The translations under genes were made by a program, and so were the position numbers. DNA of 64,000 bases from Eutreptiella sp. 'Long Island Sound 2002' (Eukaryota > Protista > Euglenida), in assembly GCA_964036045.1 (NCBI GenBank), contig OZ038378.1:59768001-59832000 (forward strand). Direction: 5' to 3'. Below the pieces are notes generated by a model. It saw nothing but the letters and a program-made list of their open reading frames with translations, searched no databases and had not been told where the DNA came from. The stretch's first letter is position 1; each line of letters begins with the position of its first letter. Below are positions 1 through 9,137 of the stretch, piece after piece.

Positions 1-503
1 GTCAAATATTTGGTGGGTCTACAGCCCCCAAATATTTGACGGAAGGGGTTCCGTCAAATATTTGGTGGGTCTACAGCCCCCAAATATTTGACGGATGGCG
101 TTCCGTCAAATATTTGGGGGGTGTACAGCCCCAAAATATTTGACGGAAGGGGTTCCGTCAAATATTTGGTGGGTCTACAGCCCCCAAATATTTGACGGAT
201 GGCGTTCCGTCAAATATTTGGGGGGTGTACAGCCCCAAAATATTTCACGGAAGGGGTTCCGTCAAATATTTGCGGGGTGTACAGCCCCCAAATATTTGAC
301 GGAAGGGGTTCCGTCAAATATTTGGGGGGTGTAGAGCCCCAAAATATTTCACGGAAGGGGTTCCGTCAAATTTTTGGGGGGTGTACAGCCCCAAAATATT
401 TCACGGAAGGCGTTCCGTCAAATATTTGGGGGCTCTACACCCCCAAAATATTTGCGTCAAATATTTGGGGGCTCTACACCGCCAAAATATTTCACGGAAG
501 GGG
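1..503. repeat. 52-bp tandem array (~9 copies, truncated by window start); each unit contains a 15-17-bp inverted repeat
   Basis: gtcaaatatt recurs at 1, 53, 105, 157, 209. Within a unit ttccgtcaaatatttgg is the reverse complement of ccaaatatttgacggaa, separated by a ~13-nt spacer. A variant (ggatggcgttcc) recurs at a 104-bp distance. Confidence 0.95.
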
Positions 504-646
504 TCCAATATCTCACCTCCAAAACATCTCGGGGGTATGCCGCGTCCAGGTTCTGTGGTCTCATCTGTACTTTTTCTCCTTGTAGTTTGTTTTTGCCTCA
601 TTACACCTTTCCCTGTGCGAGTTCGCGTTCTGCAAGTTCGCCTACT

Positions 647-862
647 GTGCGCCTTTGAGCCGCAGCTACCTGGCTCGGTCCGAGCCATTGCGCTTCGCGA
701 CTGAACCTTGATTGCCTACTGTGCGTCTTTGAGCCACAACTTTCGGTTTCAGTCTGAGCCACTGCGCTTCGCGACTGAACTCTGGTTGTCTATTGTGCGC
801 CTTTGAGCCTCAGCTTTCGGTTTCAGTCCAAGCCACTGCGCTTCGCGACTAAGCCTTGACGT
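647..862. repeat. 74-bp tandem repeat, ~3 copies
   Basis: gtgcg(c/t)ctttgagcc...gagcca(c/t)tgcgcttcgcgact recurs at ~647, 721 and 795. Confidence 0.9.
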
Positions 863-871
863 AGCCACTGC

Positions 872-2114
872 GTGCCTGTGAGCACCAGCACTTCGTTTGT
901 TGTCATAGCCCTAGCGCTCTCGACAACAAACCCACCAGCAACGGCGTCTCCTGGACCAGCCGGTGAGCCTGAGGACCAGCCCGGCTGGCACTTTGAGTAC
1001 CAAGGACCTGCCCTTGATTGCCCCCCCGAGTTGTGGGACCCCCATAGTGGTCACAGTGGTGGACCCTGCAAGCCTCGAAGGTCACCCAAACCACTAACAG
1101 TCGTGGTGCGCGAGCCAAGCAATGGACCAGCCTGCTGAATGGCCACCGGAGCACTTGCTGGAGCCAGCAAGAATGAAGTATGGCCTAATGCTGGCCACAG
1201 GACAATTGGGGTGGGAGGCCACACCGGAGGTGGCCGGGCGCCTATGGCGACGGTTGAGGGACCGCATGGCCTCACGTGACCTTGACGTGGTGAATCTGCA
1301 TGGTTGCAGGGCATTGTGCCGGTTCATGTACACCGAGCATGGGTTTGCCAAGCCCACCATGCATGATGGGGGGAGCCGCGTGCACTACCGGGATGTTGCC
1401 ACAGACCTGTGGGAACGACTTGCAAACCGGAACCGTGGCCGGCCAGGCAGTCGTCAGGCCGGTGCTATTTCCGGGTTGCCGTCAAGTGTGAAGACAGCAG
1501 AGCAAAGGGACGCTTGGTGTGAACTGGTGCGTGCCCTACCTCTGGTCGACGAGTGGCCGTTCTGGACTGGGGACGTGGCGTATCCCACCCCTACCATGGG
1601 TTACTTCTATGACAAGGCTATTCGCCATGTGACGCCTGGCCCATTTCTGTGGCCCCAAGCGACAAGTGGGCCCAAACCACTGGTGAGCGACCTGTTGCCA
1701 AGCCCCAAGGCGCGCGCTAGCGGTCGGCGCAACTCGTTGCTGCCTGAGGCTGCGGTCCCACGTGCGTGTGTCACTGTCACCCAGACACGGCAAGAGCGCT
1801 TTGACCAAGCGTTGCTGCAAGGCGCCCATGGGGCAGCCCGCTGCCTCACGATTGCATGCCAAGGGCTGCAAGAGCAGCGCCGAGAACCATTGACTGAGGA
1901 CAGCCTGGTGGCAGCATACACGCTGGGCCGCCACTTCGCGAACAGCATGCGGGTGCCTATGCAAGACTGCAACGAGCTCTTGCTGCGTTGCAGCCCCTTT
2001 AGCCCAGAGGTGCCAGACAGTCATCCCGGTCGTCTGAATGCGGCCGTACGGGTTATGGACAACGAATGGAGGGATGATTGAGGGCTTGAGATGCTGCAGG
2101 TACTAGTGGAGGGG
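872..2114 (+). pseudogene. N-terminal region of the polyprotein, no recognisable family (includes the 319-aa ORF 1122-2081)
   Basis: Protein-like, non-repetitive sequence (WRRLRDRMASRDLDVVNLHGCRALCRFMY...). It continues in frame past TGA 2079 into GLEMLQVLVEG and the 44-aa repeats. An upstream extension to 872 needs reading through TAA 1095 and a shift in the C7 run and is less certain. Confidence 0.55.
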
Positions 2115-2505
2115 ATGGAGGCGGCCGGTGTACAGCCAGCATACACCCAACGATTAAGTCCAGGAGGGCACCCCCGAGGTGACCCAAGTGACTCCACGTC
2201 CTTTGCCGTAGCGCAGGGGGTTGGAGCGGCGGTGCGCATGCAGGAGATGGAGGCGGCCGGTGTACAGCGACCGTGCACCCAACCTTTAAGTCAAGAAGGG
2301 CACCCCCGAGGTGACCCAAGTGACTCCACGTCCTCTGCCGTAGCGCAGGAGGTTGGAGCGGCGGTGCCCATGGAGGAGATGGAGGCGGCCGGTGTACAGC
2401 GACCATGCACCCAACGATTAAGTCCAGAAGGGCACCCCCGAGTTGACCCAAGTGACTCCACGTCCTCTGCTGTAGCGCAGGAGGGTGGAGCGGCAGTGCT
2501 CATGG
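2115..2505 (+). repeat. Coding tandem repeat, 3 x 132 bp (44 aa, MEAAGVQ...GHPRGDPSDSTS.AVAQ..GAAV)
   Basis: atggaggcggccgg at 2115, 2247 and 2379; the period is a multiple of 3 and the frame stays open. Confidence 0.95.
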
Positions 2506-3207
2506 CAAGAGACCCCTCAGGCGATGAGTCTGTGACTCCCACTTCGTCCTCCCTGGCACAAGGGCGTGGTCCCCCGGCAGGTGCACATAGGGTGAATAGC
2601 CCTGGTGAGGTGTTACGTCCACCTGCCCCCCCCCCCAGGTGGTGCGAGAGACTCCGCGGCATGTGTTGGACGTGGAACACCGGACCCCTGGTCCCAGGTC
2701 TGCCCCGCCGATGAGTCACACTCCCCGGCCCCCCACCCTGTGTGTCTGACACCGGCAGCTAGTGATGGAGGGGTGGCGAGTTCCTTGGAGGAGTCTCCTG
2801 TACCACTTGCGCAGAAACCCAAGGAGCCAGCTGCTGTGGACTGCAGTCCTTCTAGCACAGGCACTGTGGCGACAGTGAAGGCCTGCAGTCAGTCTAGTGC
2901 GGATTCAGGGTACACCCCGGTTGAACACCCTAGTTCATTGGCGACAGTGAGGGCTTGCCGTCAGTCCAGTGCAGAGTCAGCGACCACCCCGGTTGCACAC
3001 CCCAGTTCTGTGGGACAGAGCCCACGGAGCAAGCCGCGCCCAGGGGTTCCCCCACCAAGTAATGGGGCTGCCGTGAAACGTGGCAAGAAAGAGCAAGGCA
3101 CAAAGACAGCGCCGATAGATCCAGATGCTATGGCATTGGACGACGTGGACAGACAGCGAAGCAAGGCCGAGGTTGGCAGAGTCCTACCAACGGCAAGGTC
3201 CTTGAAG

Positions 3208-3705
3208 CTTCGCATTCTTCCCGACCAATACGTTGCCGGGGCATGTTTCTGCTGTGCCGTGGCCCAAAGCCTGCATGCTATCACCAGCAACACCCCGTTG
3301 GACGGCGCATCGCTGCGGGCAAGGGCCATCGCCGTGTTTCGCGACATGTGTGGGCTTTCAATTCAAGAGTCTACACTATCTGTGAACCGGGATCTTGAGA
3401 AGGACACATGGCGTGGCCGGCCCCAAGGGGGAATGCCTGACCACTTTGCTGCCTTGGCGAAGCATGTGGACGGTAGTGTGGTGTTGCTGCGATCAGACAG
3501 GTACAGCATTGTGACGTCAGGTTTTGGGATCGACAGCGTGTTGACATCCGCTACTGTTTGGGTGCCTGGACGGGAGCATCCGCCGCACTACCGTGACTGT
3601 GGGGATATGGAGGAGCAGTGCCACCGGGCGACGGTGGTGGTTATTGCCGAGGCGGAACGAGATGGTGTCAAAGGAGGTGGTCATTTCCGGGGTGCAGTCT
3701 TTGAC
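3208..3705 (+). pseudogene. OTU-like cysteine protease (deubiquitinase-type) domain
   Basis: YVAGACFCCAVAQSL resembles the OTU motif vpgDGnCLFrAva..l (Cys codon 3244). It is followed by LRARAI (OTU lR..a), QGGMPDHFAALAKHVDGSVVLL (OTU WGG..El.Als......vv) and GGHFRGAV (OTU His motif, codon 3682). The Asp of DGxC is replaced by Ala. Confidence 0.6.
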
Positions 3706-3879
3706 CATTCGCTGCAGGTAGCCCCCTTTTGCACGTTGCACGGGATGATGGGCATCTTGGCATACAAGCGCGGGCCGGTTGGGGGGGTTAGAGCGTTGCA
3801 TTTGCAATTAGGGGTTGGTGGTATGAAGGGCCACACCAATGCAACAGACTGCCGCCGCACTCGTCTAGTGCAACGGACA

Positions 3880-4310
3880 CGCAACTACAAGCCACTGGTG
3901 ACCCTGGTGAACAAGATGGCAAGGGAGATGTTGCCTGATTGGTTCACATGGACCACCATGCAATTGTCTTGCAATGTGCTCACAAAACCGCATCAGCATG
4001 TGCATGACGCGTCCCCTTGGTCGGCAGTGTTTTCCACCGGCCAGCACACACGGGGACACATATGGGTGGAGGTAGGTGGTGTATGTAATGGTCGGGGTGG
4101 ACGGAGATGTAGTATGGAATGCTTGGATGGTATTACACGGGTTGGCGCCACGTACGATGTATGCCAGCAACCGGTTCTCGTACGTACGGGTGCATGGCAT
4201 GGCACTTGTTCTTGGCACGGGGAGAGGAGGTTCGTGGTGTTGTACTTCCGTGGTGACTGGTGGACACTCCCGCCGCGGGACCGTGCATTCCTCAATGAGA
4301 CCGCTTTCCG
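3880..4310 (+). pseudogene. 2OG-Fe(II) dioxygenase-like domain (TET/JBP- or AlkB-related double-stranded beta-helix)
   Basis: FTWTTMQLSCNVLTKPHQHVHDASPWSAVFSTGQHTRGHIWVE ... PVLVRTGAWHGTCSWHGERRFVVLY matches the pattern FT.iqvn.n..t.pH.D..n.g.S.i...G.ftGG.LwvE ... f....wH.t..w.G.R..vv.y. Proximal His at 3991, distal His at 4198, Arg at ~4225; HxD reads HxH. Confidence 0.68.
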
Positions 4311-4363
4311 CTTACATGCAGGTGCATAGTGGGCCACTTGGTGGAGCACCGCGGCGACCATGG

Positions 4364-5229
4364 GGAATGGAGAATCCACATGGGTACAACTGGTGTTGGT
4401 TGGGTACCACGCTGCAGTGTCTGTTGGTGGCGTCGGGTGGACATGAAGGACAGCACGCAGGATGCCTGGACGAGGAGGGTGTCTGGGGACCATTGTGGCA
4501 GGGTGTTGTGGCGCATGGAGGAGGTGGTGCATACAATCCACAGGACATTGCTGAGAGGCTGGCAATGGAGGATGCCATGTGTGAGACGGTGTGCCGATGC
4601 AGCGGGCGATGCAAATGCAAAGCCCCTGCACCAAAATTCCAATCAATGCGGCAGGCGGAGATGCCCGAGTGTTGGAAGTACATGGTGCCCAAGCTCACGG
4701 CCGCTGGGGTGGTTGCTCTGTCATGTTGTTTGTCGTACGAGCAGTTCTGACAATACTGTGGTGCCTGTGGGGTGAAGGTTCTGCGGGAGGGGGGGGAGAC
4801 AGCCATGCCAGCGCAGATATTGCATGTGACGAACCAGGGACAGAGTGTGCGACAGCGTTTGAAGGAGGGAATGAAGGGGAGACCGGTTGGGTTACTTGAC
4901 GACCCCCCCCCCCCCCGTGTCCGTGTGGGGGTGACGTGAGGGAGGCACCAATGTATACATCGGTGGTGTACAACGAGGTCGTGGGGTTACATGTCCACAA
5001 CCAGCAGGAGTACAAGTTGGTTGTGGACCATGAGTTTCTCGATTGCCTGGGGTGGCAATGGTCCTTGCATGCCATGGTGTTGCACATTGGAGCGACGAGG
5101 GAGGAGGGTCACTTTGTGGTGCATGTCGTTTTCAACGACAGGTGGTGGTCGTGTAACGACACCAGGGTGAAGGCCATGAATCCCCCCCCCGACCCGCGAA
5201 AGGCGACGTTTCTGCTATACAAGCGGAAA
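4364..5229 (+). pseudogene. USP / peptidase C19 deubiquitinase catalytic domain
   Basis: Cys box GMENPHGYNWCWLGTTLQCLL (Cys codon 4394); finger cysteines YCGACG and CPCG; His box WSLHAMVLHIGATREEGHFVVHVVFNDRWWSCNDTRV (His 5110, Asn-Asp 5155-5160); terminal ATFLLYKRK (AYxLFYxR-like). Interrupted by TGA 4748 and a shift in the C14 run at 4903-4916. Confidence 0.88.
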
Positions 5230-5304
5230 CATACACATTTGGTTGTACCAGACATGTCGCAGCGTGCCTCCCAACGGACAGGACCGCCGGCCCCTGGTCA
5301 GACA

Positions 5305-5590
5305 CGGGATGCCCGGAGCTTACCTACTGACACCTCGGTGCCACCCATGGCGCTGGCACCAGGTGCGTCCCCCCCCACCCCTCCTTCAACACAGGGTGCA
5401 TCGAGGGTGGGGTACATCAGGAACAGGCCTATGCATGCCCAGAGCGTGCCTATGGACGCCTCTGTGCCAGCCATGGCGCTGGCACAAGGCGCACCCCCCC
5501 CTTCCCCAACTGCAACACAGAGTGCTTCAAGGGCAGGGGACATGAGTACGCATGCCCAGAGCATGCCTAATGAGATGTGTGTGGCTGCCT
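5305..5590 (+). repeat. Coding linker repeat, ~2.3 copies of 117-126 bp (SVP.MALA.GA.PP.P...Q.ASR.G....HAQS.P)
   Basis: ccatggcgctggcac at 5345 and 5471; catgcccagagc at 5434 and 5551. Confidence 0.8.
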
Positions 5591-5616
5591 CGGCGCCGCT
5601 ACAGACGTCCTCATAA

Positions 5617-8050
5617 TTTGTTGAGGCAGTGGCACAGTTGCTGCAGAAGCGCAAGGTGCGGGTGGCAAGGCATCTGAGAGTGCGTGTTGAAGCACACCAG
5701 ATGCAACTGAGAGCACGGCATGCAAAAGAGTGGGATGCGCGGCATGCAGAGCATGGCATGTCACAATCCTTAGTGGCACGATCAGTCGAGCAAGACAGGT
5801 TGAGGTTTGTTGCATCGGCCGCATCGGGGAAGGACGCATTGTGCGTGTTGATGCAGGCCACTCCCATGCAACTGGACAGTGGTCCAAAGACACTACAAAT
5901 GTTTGTAGCCGCTCATTGGCAGTATGAGTTCACGACAAGTGGGGGTGTTGAGTGTGTGTGTTGTGCGTGGGCAAGCGTGTGTGGCATTCCTGGGGTGCCG
6001 CGTCCCCCTAAGAAAAGTGAAGCACTGGTATTGGGAACATATGCTGTAGGGATGCGCATGAAGACCTCCGGCCCAAAAACGTGGCGAGAGGAGGTGTTGG
6101 AAAGCCACTTGGGGTTATCACGTGGCACAACATAAAACCGAAAGAATCTGCATAGGCCAGGGCACCACCACCGATTGGCTGAGGACAGTTTCAAGCTGCA
6201 TTGTGCAGAGCGGTATCGCGCATTTTGCCCCACTGCTGGTGCCACAGCTGTGGTGGTGGGAGCGACCGTTGTGTTCGTCAGGGGGGAAGCCATGGACATT
6301 GGTGTGGCAGTGTCGGATGCTGAGGCAGCCATTCTGTCACGGTTGGTTGAGGTGTATATAGGGTTACGCATGTGCACTTCCATCCGTGCTATAAGTGAGC
6401 GCATCCTTCTGCACTGTTCTCTGACATCCGCCCCTGGGCACCATGCATCACGGCAGTGGATAGTTGAGAAGGCTATTGCCGCAATGCATGATGCCATGCA
6501 GGATGAGGTAACGCATGCCCTATTCCTGGCAACGTTCATTGCAGTGTTGCTTGACGGCTCGGATAGGCAGAGGCATCGCCTCAATGAGTACGCCATTCTG
6601 CTTATTTTCCCGGGGACTGGCCCTGGGGGCATGTGTGAGGTGTTCCTTGGTGTGGTGGATGTGGCCTGTGGTGATGCGCATGAGGTTGCAACGCAGCTAG
6701 AATGCGTCCTGATGTCCTGGATTCCTGACCGTGATTGGTGGGCAAAGAGGGTAGTGACCTTTGCAGTGGACGGGGCTTCTAACCTTGGTGTGCGGGGTGC
6801 CAGTGCGCGGCAGGTTGTTGATGTCTCACACATTGAGAGCAATGTGTTCGCCTTGATTGGGAAGTGGTTAGTGTTGATGACACCCTTGGGTGAGCCGTGC
6901 CATGTGTTGCAGCGCAAGTTGGGTCTTGCATTGGAGGCTGCTGGCCCAACCCATGTTGATTACTTGGCGGCCGTCAATCGGCAACGAGGCTTGTACAATG
7001 GGGCACGGCAGTGGAAGGAGTTGCAAAAGTGTGTGCAAAGGCATGTGCAGGATAAACGTAGTGGCTTGCAGCTCATCCCCACAAGTCATCGCATCAGGTG
7101 GTCACAGGCGCATGCACGGCGCAACACTGCTTTTTTGGCCAATGTCCCTTGGGTGGCACGACACTTGGATTCCAAGGTGCAGCATTCTACCAAGGAGGAG
7201 GATGTGTGGGAGGACTGCCATGATGCCGGTTTGCTTGCATGGGGGGTGGTCTACGGGGACATCCTGCATGGCATGCGGTGTTTTAACAGTGTGGCACAAC
7301 TACGTGCGCCCACTGGTGCACACTTAGCCACTGCAACAGGTATGCTAGAAGCCCGGTTGCAGAGGGTGGCTCGCGAGGAGGGTCCAGGGTGGTTGCAATT
7401 AAAGGAGCAGACTGTAACTGGTGCGTGGCGTGGTGTTGAGTTGGTCCAGTTTGATTCAGGTGGGCAGAAGTGTGCACCAACCCCTCCTTTTCCAGGCGTT
7501 CAGGCGCGTGTAGTGACCGATGTGTTGCTTGCAGGCATCAAGGAGGGGCAGGCAACCATTGACCCCAGGGGGGTGTTGGAGTGCGCAGTCTTGTTGGACC
7601 ATGGCCGTTTCGTTGCCCTCCCGGTCAATGAGCGTGCTGCATATGGGGTGGAGTAGTTGCGTCAGTTCATGACTTCACACCAAGAAGAGTTGGGTGCAGC
7701 CAATGTGAACTGTGACCGTGCCTTGGTAGAGTGGGAAGGCCTTAAGGAGCACATGGTGCAGCACTTTGCAACTGTGCAAATGTCCAAGATGTGGGAGGCA
7801 CTGGCACCTGAAAGGGCACATGCACAGTGGGGGAATGTGTGGCGCGTTCTCGCATTATTGCGAACGTATTGCCCCGCTGAAGCTGCAGTAGAGCGTGCCA
7901 TCTCTTTGCGTGGGAGGTTCTGCAGTAGTATGCATGACACTGTGGAGACACATGTCCTGAGCATGTGCATGGCATTGCATTCCAACTTGCCCCCTTTACA
8001 GCAATGGGCAAAGGGACAAGGCGTTGCAGTGGCACGCCACCTGGCTGCCC
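5617..8050 (+). pseudogene. hAT DDE transposase (ZNF862/ZMYM-like branch by motif appearance) with C-terminal dimerisation domain; in-frame stops at 6133 and 7654
   Basis: FIAVLLDGSD (D codon 6553), VVTFAVDGASNLGVRG (D 6769), PCHVLQRKL (degenerate CxxH region), HRIRWSQ (RW 7096-7101), WGNVWRVLALLRTYCPAEAAVERAISL...HSNLPPLQQW (E 7891; hAT dimerisation motif). Upstream CVCC..W...VLESHLG...HHH may be the N-terminal Zn finger. Confidence 0.9.
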
Positions 8051-8340
8051 ATGCACGCTTCGATCTGCGCCCAAGACAGAGGGTTTCAAAGAAGGTAGGG
8101 GACAGAGAATCTGTGGAGGCTGCAATGCTTCAATGTCTGCAAGGTAATGAAGCAGTGGCTGATGATGGTAACAGCCTGCCCTTCTTTGGAGGGCCGGGTA
8201 CACCACTGAGCTCAACGGCACCCTCATAAAAGGGTACAGAACGGCACCAGGCAGATGTGGTCAGCATTGTTGCACCTGATGGGACCCCTGACTCGCATGC
8301 TGGCAACCATGACTTCATCACTTTTCGCAGAGGTATGGAG

Positions 8341-8700
8341 TGTGCCACATGCAAGAAGGAGGTTCGCATCTGGTGCAATACATGTCTGGTGTGCCATGCA
8401 TGCTTTTGCGCAAGTCCACGTCCTTGTGGGAACGTGGTGGTGAACGTTGTAGATGATGTCTGTGATGAGGGGGAGAACAATAGTGCAGACGAATTGGCCA
8501 CACCACGGAAGCCAAATAAGAGGCGTGGTGTGGCCAGGATGCAGGCGAAATTGGTGATGGCCACGCATAATGGCAGGCTGCGTGATTGGTCAAAGGGGGC
8601 GCTGTTGAACTGTCTGGATGTGCTTGGTGTGAAGGTGGCAGGTAACAGCGATCGCCAGGAACTGCGGGACCTTGCTACGCAGCATGGGTTGCCATTATTG
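8341..8700 (+). pseudogene. C-terminal Cys-rich Zn finger followed by a HeH/SAP-like helix pair
   Basis: CATCKKEVRIWCNTCLVCHACFCASPRPC (C-x2-C-x7-C-x2-C-x2-C-x2-C), then DWSKGALLNCLDVLGVKVAGNSDRQELRDL, which resembles HeH/SAP (l....L...L...gv......K.eL..l). Same frame as the transposase across TAA 8227. Confidence 0.45.
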
Positions 8701-9068
8701 GAAGAATGGGATGCCTTTGTGCCGGACACGGACCGTGTCACCCGTTCTGCGGCACCACCAAGCAGCTCCCAGCCCAGTTGCTCGCAGCCAGTGGATGACA
8801 TTGATGGACTCATCGATGAATGAGAGGATGCCCACGTATTTGCATGTGCCCTTTCGTTGTTGTGTGCTATCTTCGAAGATTTTTCCCATTTTCCCTGTTT
8901 GTACATTTGATTGGATGTTCTGTGGCATTACCACGACCATTTTATTTGTGGAATCTGAATTTAACTGATGCTGATTGCAATGGTCATGATGCAACCCCTT
9001 GAGATGTTTCCCATTTGGCTTTTTTGTGTGGTGGTTGTTCAATTTTCCCACTTTTCCCGGTCCCACAT

Positions 9069-9137
9069 TTTCCCCTTTCCCCTTTCCCCTTTCCCCTTTC
9101 CCCTTTCCCCTTTCCCCTTTCCCGTTTCCCCTTTCCC
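9069..9137. repeat. (TTTCCCC)n microsatellite, ~10 copies
   Basis: Directly visible 7-mer run. Confidence 0.97.

Larger units (their letters stand above)
872..8823 (+). mobile_element. Giant hAT-superfamily DNA transposon coding region (multi-domain polyprotein, disrupted); element ends not identified
   Basis: ORFs 4936-5616, 5629-6135, 6175-7656, 7657-8229 and 8257-8823 all lie in one frame separated by single stops. ORFs 1122-2081 and 2091-2714 share a frame across one TGA. Frame changes fall in C-runs at 1021-1027, 2626-2636 and 4903-4916, plus one near 4320. hAT transposase motifs are present at 6175-8000. Confidence 0.8.

Noticed and set aside
1-503. CRISPR-like palindromic repeat array
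   Set aside because: The intervening sequences are near-identical rather than unique spacers, no cas genes are present, and the context is eukaryotic.
1095-8229. Stop-codon reassignment or readthrough to explain the in-frame stops
   Set aside because: All three stop types occur together with frameshifts, and other decayed elements in the window show the same pattern; decay is simpler. It needs host-gene evidence to reconsider.
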